Shown: positions 12,885 to 26,254, counted from the stretch's first letter. The stretch is 64,000 nucleotides of DNA from Gordius albopunctatus (GCA_964276515.1 OZ193910.1:6014001-6078000); one strand, 5' to 3'. The notes: a model not told the origin generated them from the letters alone. Program-made: numbers and translations.

Positions 12885-14282
12885 TTTTTCATTGGTCAGC
12901 AGCCAGCGGACGGCTAAAAAGCCATAATATCAATGGTATTAACAAAAACAATATATTAATTTGAAAAAACGAAAAAAAAATTTCGATTCACATTTTGGCC
13001 AATGGTCATTTTTTCCATTAATCAGTAGCCAGGGCACGGCCAAAAAGTCATATTATCAATGGTATTAACAAGAACAATATATTAATTTAATTTTAAAAAA
13101 ATAAAGATTTCGCCCTCTCCGGGATTCGAACCCACATTAATAGAGACATAGGCTTTTGTAGGGGCATAGGGACCCATATCAGTAGATGCATAGGGTAATT
13201 ATCAATGTTAACCTAATATTCCAATTCATAGACGAAAAAAAAAATCGATTCACAATTTGGCCAATGGTTATTTTTTTATTGATCAGTAGCCAGAACACGG
13301 TCAAAAAGTCATATTATCATTGGTATTAACAAGTACAATATATTAATTTAATTTAAAAAATAAATAAATTTTGCCCTCTTCGGAATTCGAGCCAGCAATT
13401 CAGAATGTTCGCCGGGATTCGAACCCACATTAATAGAGGCACAGGCTTTTGTAGGGGCACAGGGGCCCATATCCGTAGAGGCATAGGCCCTTGTATGGGG
13501 AGAGCATAGGGTAATTATCAATGTTACCCAATTCAAAAACGGAAAAAAATTTCGATTTATTTTACCAATGGTCATTTTTTTCATTGGTCAGTGGCAGCGG
13601 AAGGTCAAAAAGTCATATTATCCATGGTATTTTTTTGTTTTGTTTTTTTTTGTTAAAAAGTTTATTTTCACGAGACAAAGTTACATAAATAAGCGAAATA
13701 CAAAAATAAAGACATATTGGTTAAATACAAAGATCTATATCATTCTCTTCTAAAATGGGCCATGAGTCGGCAAAGGATTTAAAGTTGTATCGTGCAACAA
13801 GAATCCCTAGTTGTTGCCTGAGTAAAAAGGACGCAGAAATTTTAGATTTGGGGTGCGTTTTCCGATTTCTTTAAAAAACCCCATTGCCTGTTTGCCAAAG
13901 GAACCGGAGCACGAGGCAACGACAGGGATAAAAATATTGGATACCAAAAGGGCAGAATACTTTGTAGTTTTACGCCCTTCTTCTGTAGCGATAGGGTCGT
14001 GATTAAAATGGGAAGGGGCAAAAAGGTCAATACAAGTCAAATCCCATTTGAGGGATAGGCCATTTTGCCAGGGGACTAGAGAAGAGCCGTCAGGGCGCGT
14101 CCTACCTTCAAGAGAGGGATCAAACTATTAATTTAATTTTAAAAAAATTTGCCCTCTCCGGGTGTTGAACTCGAACCTATAAGTCAGAAAGCCGGTGTAA
14201 ATACATTGGAGGGTAACGGACGGACAACGGACGGACGGACGGACACCAAAAAACGAGCCCATAAATTGCATAGCAATTAATT
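12885..14282 (-). mobile_element. DINE/Helentron-like element with internal complex tandem repeats (about 130-300 bp units), interrupted by a CRE fragment
   Basis: Repeated AAAAGTCATATTATCAATGGTATTAAC and CCGGGATTCGAACCCAC blocks; (GGAC)n and terminus GAGCCCATAAATTGCATAGCAATTAA shared with the element at 8369. Confidence 0.55.
13630..14125 (-). mobile_element. CRE-like retrotransposon 3' fragment (RLE domain and poly-A tail)
   Basis: DPSLEGRTRPDGSSLVPWQNGLSLKWDLTCIDLFAPS..K..KY, homologous to the 4660-5460 ORF; T-tract at 13630-13652. Confidence 0.88.
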
Positions 14283-14759
14283 GTTTTAGTATTGACAGCA
14301 AATGCTTAGCCGCAGAATATATCGGATTTTTTTCAAGAAGGGTGTAGACTGGGATCGTGCTTTGCAAAAATTGGCAGGGCGGGCCCGAGCCTACACTATT
14401 ATTTTGACGGTGCCGCGCCGGGACAATTATTGTTACTGGTGGGCAAATTAAGCCTAAAGGCCGTGCATGTGTTTAATTTAAACAATAGCCCGCATTAGTA
14501 CAAACATAAAAATAGGAAGGAACTCTTTGCAATTCGCGTCTTTGAAGATATTATTAATACATTTTTTACCAAACATCGAAGAATTAATATAATTTTTATT
14601 TAATCGAAATTTTTAAGACAATATTTACCCCCCCCCCTCCTCCTTAAATGGGTAGTCTATATATACTCTTGATAATTTTTTGTTAGATTATCAAATTTCT
14701 AAACCCCCCCCTCCTTTAGGCAATCCTGCCTACACCCCTGGAAGAGGATGAATTGAATT

Positions 14760-15628
14760 AGAATATTATTTACCAATTCTTACAATTATTAAAAAAGGTT
14801 TACAAATATTGACTTTGTGATTTTATTCTGCAATTAGACTAAAATTTCTGATAGAAAATTTTGCGCATAATGATAATAATATGTTTTTAGTTTTTCCCCC
14901 AAATTTCCAGTTCTTTGGATAAACGAGTTTTAATTTGTAATAAAAAATATTAATTTATTCCTTTATATTAAAGTCTCATCTATAGGTCCATTATTTTATT
15001 TTATTTGTTTAACTTCTATATTTAAATAAAATTCGTCCCGTATGTCTGGAAAAAGTAGTACATTAGAATACATACTACATATACGTGCTGTTTAATAACA
15101 CATCTCCTTCTTTTCCACTCCCGCCCCCATATCTAGCCAAACACATGAAGGAGGGGGAAGTGGAGGAGAAAGAAAGCAGAAAAGATGAAGGTAGAGGTGA
15201 TGTATTATTAAACATAGCCTACGTAGTATGCATTCTAATGTACTCCGTTTTTCAGACATAATGGGACCGTATTTTGATAAGGAGAAGGTGTTTAATTAAC
15301 CGCCTATCAAAAATTAGCATAATGGACCTAAATATGAAACTTTAATCTAGTAATAAATTAATTTTTTGGGGTTAAAAATGTCGTGTCATTTAGCCTCAAA
15401 AAAGGCGAAAATGGGCTTTTTTGCACATTCAACTTCGTTTATCTCCAAAATTGGAATCTTTGGAAAAAAACAAAAAACACGTTATTGTTCAACGCAAAAT
15501 TTTATATCAGAATTATTTTTTCGATTGCAGGGTGGTTTTTTTGTAGACTTGTGTTATTGCATTAAGCAAGATTAAATACATATGCAAAGGATGACCTTGA
15601 ACACGAGCAAATAATCCAAACTAGCCCT
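14760..15628. mobile_element. Long imperfect foldback MITE (Kolobok-like right end CCCT|TTAA)
   Basis: Nested inverted matches: 14850-14930 vs 15430-15510, 14968-14995 vs 15319-15345, 15040-15110 vs 15195-15262. Confidence 0.55.
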
Positions 15629-17447
15629 TTAAGTTTAAAAGACATATAGATACTCTAACATTATCCAAATTTAAAAAATTGACTGATAAAATTTTAAGTC
15701 ACTTCATTTCTAAAAATGAAACAAAGAATCTATAGGACTAGTTTGAAGACTGAAATAAATATTTGGCAATTTATAAAAGTTCTGCATATGATACAATTCA
15801 AAGTGGGTAGTTCACCATCAAAAATATAAAACTTTGCTATTCAAGATTTAAGAAATTATTTGGCATCCCTAAAATGTTAACAAATTAGAAATGGGATTTA
15901 GAAAAGAAAGATTTGGTAATTTTAATATTTTTCCAAGTGGTTTAAATTAACATTTTACCTTTATTATGATTTGTTCTCCTATCTGAGGTACTAAAATTTA
16001 ACATTCATAGCCAACTGACGCGAGTGCTACTATATTATAAGTGTATGAGTAACATGTTTTGATCAAATGGGTTGGTTACGAAAATTTTAATATTTAAATT
16101 GATTAGGTTGTGGTGTATCCCCCATCTTTGCTTGGCAATGTGATTCCTTTTCCTCCTTAAAATTACCCCCCCCCCACACTGTTGGACCACATCTATACAA
16201 TTGTACGATCCACAATTGGGGCCCCCACACGCGCGACGTTAAATATTTTTGCTAAATTTTATCCTTTTTCCTTTTTTATTTCTGGTTAAGAATTTTATTG
16301 CATTTTGGGTTATTCATAAAACAGTTGAGGATGTCTTAAAGAGAATGAGGATCTCCTATGAACCAAAGGCGCATCATCTGGATGTACTCTGGTAAAAAAC
16401 TCATATAATAAAATGATTTTTTTAATTAAAAAATAATATCTTCTATGAATTCTAAAACACACATATAAAAAATTTCTTCCACCAAAAAAATTATTATTCT
16501 CCTCCACTTCGCCAAGATCTTTATTTACATTATCCTCATGCTTAAAAAACGCTATTTTCGAAATAATTGGTCAATTCTGAAACAATAAACTGAATTTTAA
16601 AGTCCCAAAACTAACGTACTAAAAAGTCATATAAATACATTAAATAGATAATAGTTATTTGAATAGAAACATAAAAATTATATTCATTATAGGCCAGACT
16701 CTTTAAAAATTCGGTATAATTTTTATTTAAACATTTTAATATAATGTCTCATACATTGTTATAATGTGCGGTAGAATTTACCTGGACAATGAGCTTTTAT
16801 TAAGATAGATATTATAAGGTTTCTTACCAATAATGTATATATAATAATAGTCAAATTCTAAAATCATATTAAAAAGATAAAACATTCATTTTTTAGTATA
16901 AAGTGAAATTCTATATTGTCTACCTGATTTATATCAACATGGATATTTTAAGATTCACTTGTTAAAAATTATCATTTATTCTAGACTTTAATAAACCCTA
17001 GTAAAAATAAATATAGAAAGTCACTTTCTTCCAAATCTAAAAGCATTGACCAATTTATTATTTAATGAACCTCTTTATAAATTTTTGTAATTATTACTCC
17101 TCGTGGGTAATTCTGTTGGCATTAGGTCCTCATTTAGCAAAACACCTGCCAAAGGTAAAATTAAACGCTCTAGACACCTGTCGTTGGCGGTTATTTTAAA
17201 TTTTATTGTAGTGTAGGCATTTAATTAATAGCTGAAGTGTGTCAGAATATTTTTATATTTTGCTAGTCTTGCTAAATTATCTCACGGATTATGTTAAAAT
17301 TATTTTTTCCAATTTTTTCATTTTTATTATTTCTCGCCAATTCTATAAGCGGTATAAAAACTTTACATATGTATTAACTTATGTTAATAATATTTACGTA
17401 AATTTTAAATTACCATATTAAATATTTTTACTTGTTAAATATTTTAG

Positions 17448-20400
17448 ATTATACAGTATTGCTGCAATATTTCACACATAAAGCTTATTTATGGGCACTG
17501 TTTGTTTTTGTATATTTACTTATTCCATCATTTATTGTTGAGGTAAGAAAAGTTTGATAAAATTTTATGTTTTATAGTTTTTCAGTTTCAGATGGTTTCT
17601 TAATGACGGCACTTTGGATGGGTGGAAATGTCACCTAATTCATATACTGCAATTAGGGAAAATATATAGGTATTATTTTCTAAATAGTTATATACAATTT
17701 TTAGGCATATAAAAGCTATTTGGCTATATATGAGATTTTGCTGGACATCCCAATTGGATTATTTAGTTGATTTTAGTTTTATGCAAAATGATTTGGCTTT
17801 GTTGGATACAATTCTTTGTTTTGTTCAAAGTGCTCCACAAATTGTTATTCAAGCTTATTACATGATTACAAAGTATTACAATATAGAAGCTGATAAAGAT
17901 CAACTATCATCAATAATCTTGGAAGGTACATTTATTTTAAAAAAATTATTGTAATTATCTAAACTATCAGGAGTATCCATTGTAATTTCCCTGATACACA
18001 TTGGATGGTCTTTGGCTGCTTACTGTTCAGCATCAAATGACATTGGTGATAGAATACAAAACAACAACATAACCCCAGCTCTTTTATCAAAGAATAATAA
18101 ACTAACTTTTACCAAAAACAAGTTTGCTGATTCAATAATGCCTTCACATAAGAATTCATGGTTTGGACTATTTTTAGAGTGGAATTGGAAATATTGTATA
18201 TTTATCTCGAGAGTTCTTGTAATTGTAGTATTTGCTACCATTTTTGAAACGTGGACATGGGTTATGCTAGGTAAGAAGCATAATGCCTTTACAATTTTAC
18301 TTTAATTAAAATTCTAATCTATTTAATAAAGGTGTCCATTGGTTTTTAATGACAATATGGATCATATCACAACACACAACTTTCTGTGAAACACATGCAG
18401 AAGAATTCTTGTTTAATTGCATTGCTGGATTCATTTACTGCTTTTCCTATTTTACTGTTAAAGGTCAAGGCTCAAGCACTAAATGGAAAATATTATTTTA
18501 TCATGTACTTCTTGGACTTGAGAATTTATTACTCCTTTCATTAACATTTTACGTGTTATGTCATCTCCAGACTCCAGGAAATAGTTTAAATCTTGAATTA
18601 CCTTACAACATGACCCATAAACCTGCTCCTTCTTTCACTTACGATGCAAATAATAGATTTTACATTTATTCTCTTACCATATACAACTCAACCTCAAAAT
18701 ATTCATTTTTACCTCATCTCAACAAACGTTATTTATTTTTGGCAACAGACACGTCAATAAATTATTTCATTACACTCAAGTATCAGATATTTGGTCCTGT
18801 AATGATAGCCTCCTTTACCACCTTTATATTGGGTAAATTATACATCATAAATAACCATTATATTAATTTGGCAATTTATAAATTGTTAAATATTGAAGCT
18901 TCACATTTTTAAAAATAATTTTGTAATATCATATCAAAAAAGAGTTGATTATATTGTTTAAAGAATACAGGTCTTAATTATTTAAATATTACACAATTCA
19001 CAGGATGGATTAGCATGCTTCTTTATTATGGGGTTTTTCATAAAAGAGCTGCCGTAATACAAGATATTTTTAAAGATTTCCAAACAGGAATGCGGAACAG
19101 TTTTTGCACAAACAATAAAAACATTAAAATTCGCACCACTTCCAAACATGATCCATTTAATGGAGTAAGCACATATTTTAATTATGGAATTTTAGATATT
19201 TTAATGACACTTCTTGTCTATCGATTTTAATTATTCTTCTAGCTCTCTTTATATTTTCCTTACTTTAATATGGCTATCAAAATTTAGATCTTTTAGGTTG
19301 TCCCCTTATAATAGTTTATTACAGAAATGTTAATTATAAATAACAAGTATATGATATAAACAAGGCCTTAACGAGGAGGAAAGCCAAAATTCTATAAAAA
19401 ATTATATTTTCACCGAAAATTTGTTTGATGTTACAAAATGTTATCAAGCCCTTAACAACTTGAACATAATTTACACTTTACCCCTATCCACTGATGCAAA
19501 TTCTGATTTTAAACAAATGGATTATCATTTAATTAGGTGAATTTAGAATCAGAAATTTTGGAGAGAAATAGCTTTCAGCGCTCTTACCATAGAAACAGCT
19601 TCAAAAGTCCGTTTCGCAACCGTACCCACACAAGTTGTCCCAAATCGAATCCGCTTTTTAATAGTCATATCGGTAACTTGGCACACTTGGACATCGATCA
19701 AGCGACTTGTTCCACCTATTTTAATAGCAAAGATAAGATGCTGAAATCACCACCAATTTCTGATTCGCTTCCTAAACCCAGTCCCCTCAAAAACAAGCAG
19801 TTTTTTGAAGATAAGCGGCAAAAACTCCAAAAGGAAATAAGCGAATTTTTGCAAGAGCATAAACGGTCGTCGTTTAAAAATGCAGCCACCCTTGCAAAAA
19901 AGGTTAACAGGGTATCCAACACCTTGCCTCAATTACCGACTCAACTCTTACCCTTCGCAGATAAGAATAGTAGAAATTCAACGTTAGGCAAAATGGGTGA
20001 AAAGAAACTGCCGCCCAAAGAGGTTGTCGTTAAGGGAGTATTAGGTAAACGTATCGTCTCGATCGATCTCAAAGTACCGGCTTCCCTCATTCGTAGCCTC
20101 AAAAAAAGTAAAACTTGCAAACCTCAAAATGTACTCAGTGATACAATCACCTCTGTGCAAGACAGCATAGTTTTCCCTAAATTCAACGAATCCATGAGGG
20201 CTACAACTTCATACATGCAGCAAGATTACAGAATAGCGACGATTAACAATTCACTTTCCCGCCACAATGTTGATACCTATGTTAGCAAGACTTGCAAACT
20301 TCACTATTCCCTAAGTGATACGATTACCACCGTCCAGAACAGCATAGTTTTCCCTAAAATAAACGAATCATTGAGGGCCGAAACTTCTTACATACAAGGA

Positions 20401-21069
20401 GATTATCATACAGCGTTCAACAAATCACTTTCTCCCAAGAAGATTATTCGAAATGCCGAGGGTGTTGTCCGTCGTAGCGAAACTAAATTTTTCACAGCTG
20501 AGGAAAGCATTGAATCGAATGACAACAACATGAGCAGTGAAGCAGGTGGCAACGGTTCTTCCCTGGTCTCGGATACTCCCTTAATTCCTACGACAATCAT
20601 TAACACCGCATCCAACAAAGATTCTAGTTTCACGCGGAAGTGCCAGAAAACGGGCACCTTAATCCTTACCAACGACCTAACTTGCTTCAGGGCCAAAAAT
20701 GCCAATCGCAAGCAATTTCGTGGCGCAACTTTACCCAAGAACGGGCATTTGAACGCAAAAATTTTAACTTTTCTATCCCCCTACCGTCGTGCCAATCCAT
20801 ATCTCTCCGGTAGAGGGGCGTCACCATCCATTAAAACGATATCTCGTTACATAGCTAAAACCTGTTCGCCAGCTGCCTTGAGCAAGCTAACAGCGAATTC
20901 TACGGAATTTATAAAGAGACAATTTGGCACGCCGCCGAAAGCCTGCTTAAAGCATGAGAGGACTTTACTAGCAAAATCTGTGGCTCGGTCCCTTAATTTC
21001 GGCTCTCCCTATAAGGCTATGCAACGCCCCGAAGAAAACTCGGATATTAGCATAGATACGAAATTATGA
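17448..21069 (+). CDS. XK-related protein (XKR/CED-8 family scramblase). Exons 17448-17542, 17578-17669, 17705-17925, 17971-18270, 18332-18832, 19004-19164, probably 19537-21069; first exon(s) unresolved
   Basis: Spliced translation shows XK motifs FSFRWF, HILQLG, SAPQIVIQAY, WSLAAY, ISRVL, HWFLMTIW, IYCFSYF, LENL, MLLYYGVFH; all junctions GT-AG and in phase. The link to the 510-aa last exon is phase-compatible but unproven. Confidence 0.88.
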
Positions 21070-21556
21070 AAAATATGGGCTTGCTACGAACATAATCAAA
21101 ACCTAACAATTATATTTTGTGCGCAATTTTTTTTATAAATAGCACATTAGTGTATCGTAATTTGTATACGTGCTATTTATTATATGGTTGTTTTGAATGC
21201 ATTTATTTGATTATAGATCATCTACGCGTTTTCTTAAATAAGGCTAAAAGTAAAAGGGGTTAGGTTCATATATGAGTCTTTTATAAGTTTTTGTTTGCCA
21301 TTTAATTAAAAAAAGGTATACACACAAAAATAAATGGGCAAAATGGATTGGAGTCAAATAACGAGAAAGTTAATGTTTTTACTTCCAAAACAATTATTAT
21401 CTTTCCAAAATTTAAGCAAAGTCGGTAAGGAGTTTATAACCAATAATAAGCTTTGAAAATCAAAAAATATCATAACTTATCGCAAGTGTGAATTTACAAT
21501 TTATACAGGACGATTTGAGGATAGTTATTATGTAATTTCAGTTTCTAATTAGTTAA

Positions 21557-23059
21557 TCTATATATATATAAATCAGTACCGTTTTTTGTGTGCTAATTAC
21601 TTTTGAAGTTCTCAACCGATTGCCACCAAATTTGACCAGATTATTGCCTTAGCATTGTAGATGGTTTGTAAACACTTTTTATCACACTACGACAGCGGGA
21701 ACCATGTTTTTTAATTTCATTGGCGCCATCTAGCGGATTGTTTATACTACGTTTTTTGTACTTATTTATCGTTATGGTGCTACCAATTACCTTAAACTTT
21801 TTTCCACTATTGCCTTACCTTATTAATCTCAATTTTTTAATCAACTACGCCCGTTTTTTTACAATATATACATCACCATTTTCTTAAATATTAAATTAGC
21901 ATTAAATTTATTTTTAAAAGACTCTAAATCTCTGACGATATTACTTAACTAACATAACATACACTTTAATAAAGTTTAAAGATAATAATTTTTATATTAA
22001 AAGACTCTAAATCTCTGAGGATATTACTTAACTAACATACAATTTAATAAAGTTTAAAGATAACAATTAAAAAAATATAAACATACCGACAAACTTGAAA
22101 TGCAGTTATATGAGCTATTATTCATACAGAATAATGCTTCGAAAGCACGAAGAAAATCATATTTAAAATGCGCACTAAATTGTTTTTAGGGTGAAGAAGC
22201 GTCTGAAGTTGTAAAACGATGGACCTTTTCACACCAGTAGAAATTCCAAGGCGTGCATTTAATCCAATCTTATTATCCCCTATAAAGTACATTTGCAAGA
22301 ACTTATGTTGCCTATCTGGTATTGGAAGGAGGGACCCGGCTTTGTGGTAAATTTGGCTTTTTACTTTAAAGGTTGGCATGAATTGTGTTGTAATAATATC
22401 CGCACCAAACGACATCATTTGAAAGCTGGAGTTGTATTTCCTAATGTTAGATAAAAAATGTCTAGAATCCGCACTATAACCAGCAAGGAGAGATTTTAAT
22501 GACTGGGGGTTTTTGCAAGTATAGGTAGTTTAACTTTTCCAGGCGCGCAACACATGCCGTTTTTTTTCCAGCAAATTTTATAGCATTTTAACAAGGACAT
22601 ACAACGACGGTCATAGTGGGGGGAATAATAACATGGCGGCGCCTAATGGGTTTTTAATATCTCCTCATTTAGATACTCTAGATTTTAGGGTATGATGACA
22701 TTACATTATTATATACGCTGTACTCTAAATTTTTTCTACATTGTCGAACATTATCAGTGACTTTTATACTAGTGGTTTATAATTTTTTGTCACCCAGACC
22801 CAATTATGCATATTGTAACTAAACATCGCACTTTTTAACCTATAAAATTATAAAATATCTAATAAATATTTAAACGGTGTGTAAATCTATTAAATCATTA
22901 ATAAATATGCCTTTTCTATTATTAAACTATATAATATATATTTACATAATATAGCATTATATTTTTTCACATCATAAACTCTCTTACAAATTAATTTGTA
23001 CTAATTTATTTAACTAATTAGTGACTAAGCCAAAGCAACGCTTGGCCGGGCTCAGCTAG
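21557..23059 (+). mobile_element. Non-autonomous Helitron carrying an inverted RepHel fragment
   Basis: 5' TCTATATATA; 3' hairpin GCCAAAGCAACGCTTGGC then CTAG|T. Minus-strand 22150-22600 encodes CC..GKVKLP..FLSNIRKYNSSFQMMSFGA..PTFKV..QIYH.AGSLLP..FLQMYF (Helitron N-terminal region). Confidence 0.85.
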
Positions 23060-23770
23060 TCTTATATATAAAAATGAAACTATGTATGTATGCCGCCACA
23101 AATTTTGGAGAACTACCAGACCAATTTGCCTCAAAATTTCACAGTTTATTCCCCACACTCCGGAGCATGTTTTAAGATACGTTCGAGCCAAATCGGTCCA
23201 GTAGTTTTCGAGATATTTTGTTTTATATGATTTGCAGTTTAATAAACCGTCAATCAAACGCAACCTCTGTGTGTGCATGCGAGTAGGTAGGTTAGTGTGA
23301 TAAATATAGGCATGTGCTGTTTGCTTATTTTTCACGTCAATTATTATTATAGGACGGTCGTGTCCCCTCCTGCTTGGCTAAATAAATTTAAAAATCTGAT
23401 TTTGTCATTTTTTGCGCTTTAAATAAGGAGAAAAATCAAAATACTTTTAACAAAGTGCCAATAAATGTTGATATACTCAGTTCTTCCGACATTATTAAGT
23501 TCAGAATTAAAAGTTTCCTTCAGAAACAAATAATTATAATTATGATATTGTTTCTTAATTACAAAAAAATATAAAAAAAATTGCTTGAAGGGTCAGGTTT
23601 CCTCTCTTAGGTGGCTCTGGGTCTTGGACCCTCTTTAACTATTTGTTTAAAAATTATCAAACTTTATTTATACTTCAATAACCGCTTTATCATCATATAT
23701 GCCCTAAAATTCCAGCATAATTTAATACACCCGGGTAAATGGCAAAACAACGTTTGCCGGGTTCATCTAG
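23060..23770 (+). mobile_element. Second non-autonomous Helitron abutting the first
   Basis: 5' TCTTATATATAAAA; 3' hairpin GGCAAAACAACGTTTGCC then CTAG|T; internal segment shared with 62155-62790. Confidence 0.8.
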
Positions 23771-23781
23771 TATATATATAT

Positions 23782-24017
23782 ATATACTTTAGAAGATAAT
23801 AACAACCCCTTTCAGGAGTGCCCGCAATTAAATTAAAAGAATACTCTAATTAGCGCCATCTATGGGCAATTTTAATTAGAGACTAATTTGAACTATGTAT
23901 ATCGCTTTCAAATTAGTCTCTAATTAAAATTGCCCATAGATGGCGCTAATTAGAGTATTCTTTTAATTTAATTGCGGGCACTCCTGAAAGGGGTTGTTAT
24001 TATCTTCTAAAGTATAT
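23782..24017. repeat. Perfect palindrome: 111-bp arms, 14-bp spacer (foldback MITE in a TA tract)
   Basis: 23782-23892 is the exact reverse complement of 23907-24017; TATA at both ends. Confidence 0.95.
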
Positions 24018-25094
24018 CATTAACCTGCAATTTATTTACTAATTTCTAATATATATGTCCTTTAATAGGACATTTATTGTATATAATTTATTTTTAATCT
24101 CCCAAATATTTACAAAAAATTGATTATTATTGGGCTCTGTGATTGGTAGGCTTTAAAAATTTTAAAAAGTTTTAGCCTTTATTGAGCCGCTGATTATGTT
24201 TGGCTAAATGTTCCAAGCTTCATATACTCTTCAACCTTCCTATTTTTTATATGAATTATTGAAGTTAAAATTGATTTTTAAATGCATTCGTTTGCTAACA
24301 TATAAAAATTAGATTTGATATTAAAATCTTTACAATTTTGAATAAATTCTTGCAACGAATTTATATGTATAAATTGGAAAGCGTTTTTTTTAACTTGAAT
24401 TAAAATCTACATCAAAACCATGCCTTTCAAAAATTTATTAATAAATAATTGTAACAGAAACCTAGAAATATATTCCCTTAAATGGAAATTATAAATGTGT
24501 TATATAATTTTTCTTTAACCTTAATTTAAAAATGTAAGTCCTGAACACCTCTATATTAACGGAGAATAAGGCAAGATGCTGGTAAGATATATTAGCGCCA
24601 AAATATCTTGTCAATAATCCGTGAATCTTTAAACACTTTTTTAAATATTTATTATGAATTTAATTATTTCAATGACGTAGAGACTCCAAGGCTTGTTATT
24701 ACTTATAGTAAATATTAATATAAAAAAATATTTCATTATTCAAGTGCATTCCTTGTGATTTTTATACAAATAAATGTATCCGAACTTTCTATTTTGCAAA
24801 AATTTAACAAGAAGAATACTAGTTGCTTTAGGTGAGTAACTGGAGGAATATTCAGTTAATTTAAAAAAAAACAGAGTAAATGATTTGTTCTTAATTTGAA
24901 AGTAAAACATAGGTGATTGGAGAAACTTTTACAACACTAATTAATACTTATGCTATTGCGAAACCGGACTGCTTTATGGTTGCGTCTGTTGTATGCCGTA
25001 TCCTATCAAACGAATTATGTTCAAAATTAGCACACTAACAAGAGAAATAGCCTGACGCCCTATCGCTTTCACGTTTACATTAAAGTCTGGCCTA

Positions 25095-25850
25095 ATCTTC
25101 GATTTTTTGCATAGGTCCAACATGATTTGTTGAAGAACAAAGGGAGAGAAACTAGCCCCCATCGGAAGCACTTTGTATGAATATTTCTGTCTTCGATATC
25201 TAAATCCGAAGAACTTTGATGATTCTATTGCCAGCGGGATGGAAAAGAACGCAGATTTCATATCGATTTTCGTCATAAATAGAGAGTCCGATAAGGATGA
25301 TGCGATGAGGGGAATTGATTTTATAGTAAAAGGATACTTGATAAAATTCTTAGACACTTGTGATAAATCGGCGATAAGCCGGGGGGAACCATCGCTCTTG
25401 GGGATGAAGTACATGGGCGATGGTATAGCTAGCGGGTTTCTTCTCACCACGTTGCTGAGGATGACTTCGTCAACCAGGAATTTATGCTCCTTAGGGATAG
25501 CTTTAACGTAGCGAGGTAAATGATAACGCCCATTGTTTGCTACGATAGCCGCCCTGGATAAGCGAGGCTTGAAGCCCGTCCTGGCTATTTTACGGGTAAA
25601 GTTAGATTGCATGTAGTGAGGTTTAAGAATAGAGGTACGAATAGATAGAGGATGAATAAAGTTAGAGAAGGATGATAGTGGATGGGAGGGGAATGAGGGG
25701 ATATTAGACGGTTCGCTAATGATAGGTGGGATGTCGCTATCCAAACCCACCTCCGTCCATTGGTTCAGGAGATGTCCCGGCACATTTGTACGTTCAGGTA
25801 TCGACGTGTTGTGAGGATTAATCGGCTCCTCCAACTCCGGGCCATCGTCG
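25095..25850 (-). mobile_element. Reverse transcriptase fragment, copy A (DIRS-like / hepadnavirus-related)
   Basis: SPMYFIPKSDGSPRLIADLSQVS, KIDMKSAFFSIPL, YKVLPMGASFSPFVL; truncated before YxDD. Confidence 0.85.
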
Positions 25851-26254
25851 GGACATGGCTCACTAGAAAAATCCTCATGATACAGAACCACCTCTCAACA
25901 CCATTCTCGATGAAACACTCCCCGAACGGTTTCACAGCTGGCGATGCCTCGACATCCCACATTGGCCTCTTTTTTAGAGGTTCCATTCTTTCGATTGCCA
26001 AAGGGGATGCACTAGCCATCTTTGACTGTCACAACCTTATCCCAACAATCAACCTTCTCGAACTCATAGCCATCCCTTTGGCCTACATCTGGGCTCTGGT
26101 CAACACCCCACGGATCACCCCCAAAGTCATAACTGACTCAAAAACCGCTTTCTATATTATTAAGAAGGGATCAGCACATGCTCCACACCTGGAATTTGCC
26201 TTTACCAAAATCTGCAATACCATGGGACTGGACCATATGCTCCGTATCAAGCAG
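25848..26254 (+). mobile_element. RNase H fragment (DIRS-type), inverted relative to the flanking RT copies
   Basis: GDASTSHIG ... INLLELIAI ... ITDSKTA..I.KG: D-E-D catalytic pattern. Confidence 0.8.

Noticed and set aside
13115..13430. tRNA genes at the GGTTCGAATCC motifs
   Set aside because: B-box only; no A-box or cloverleaf could be built.
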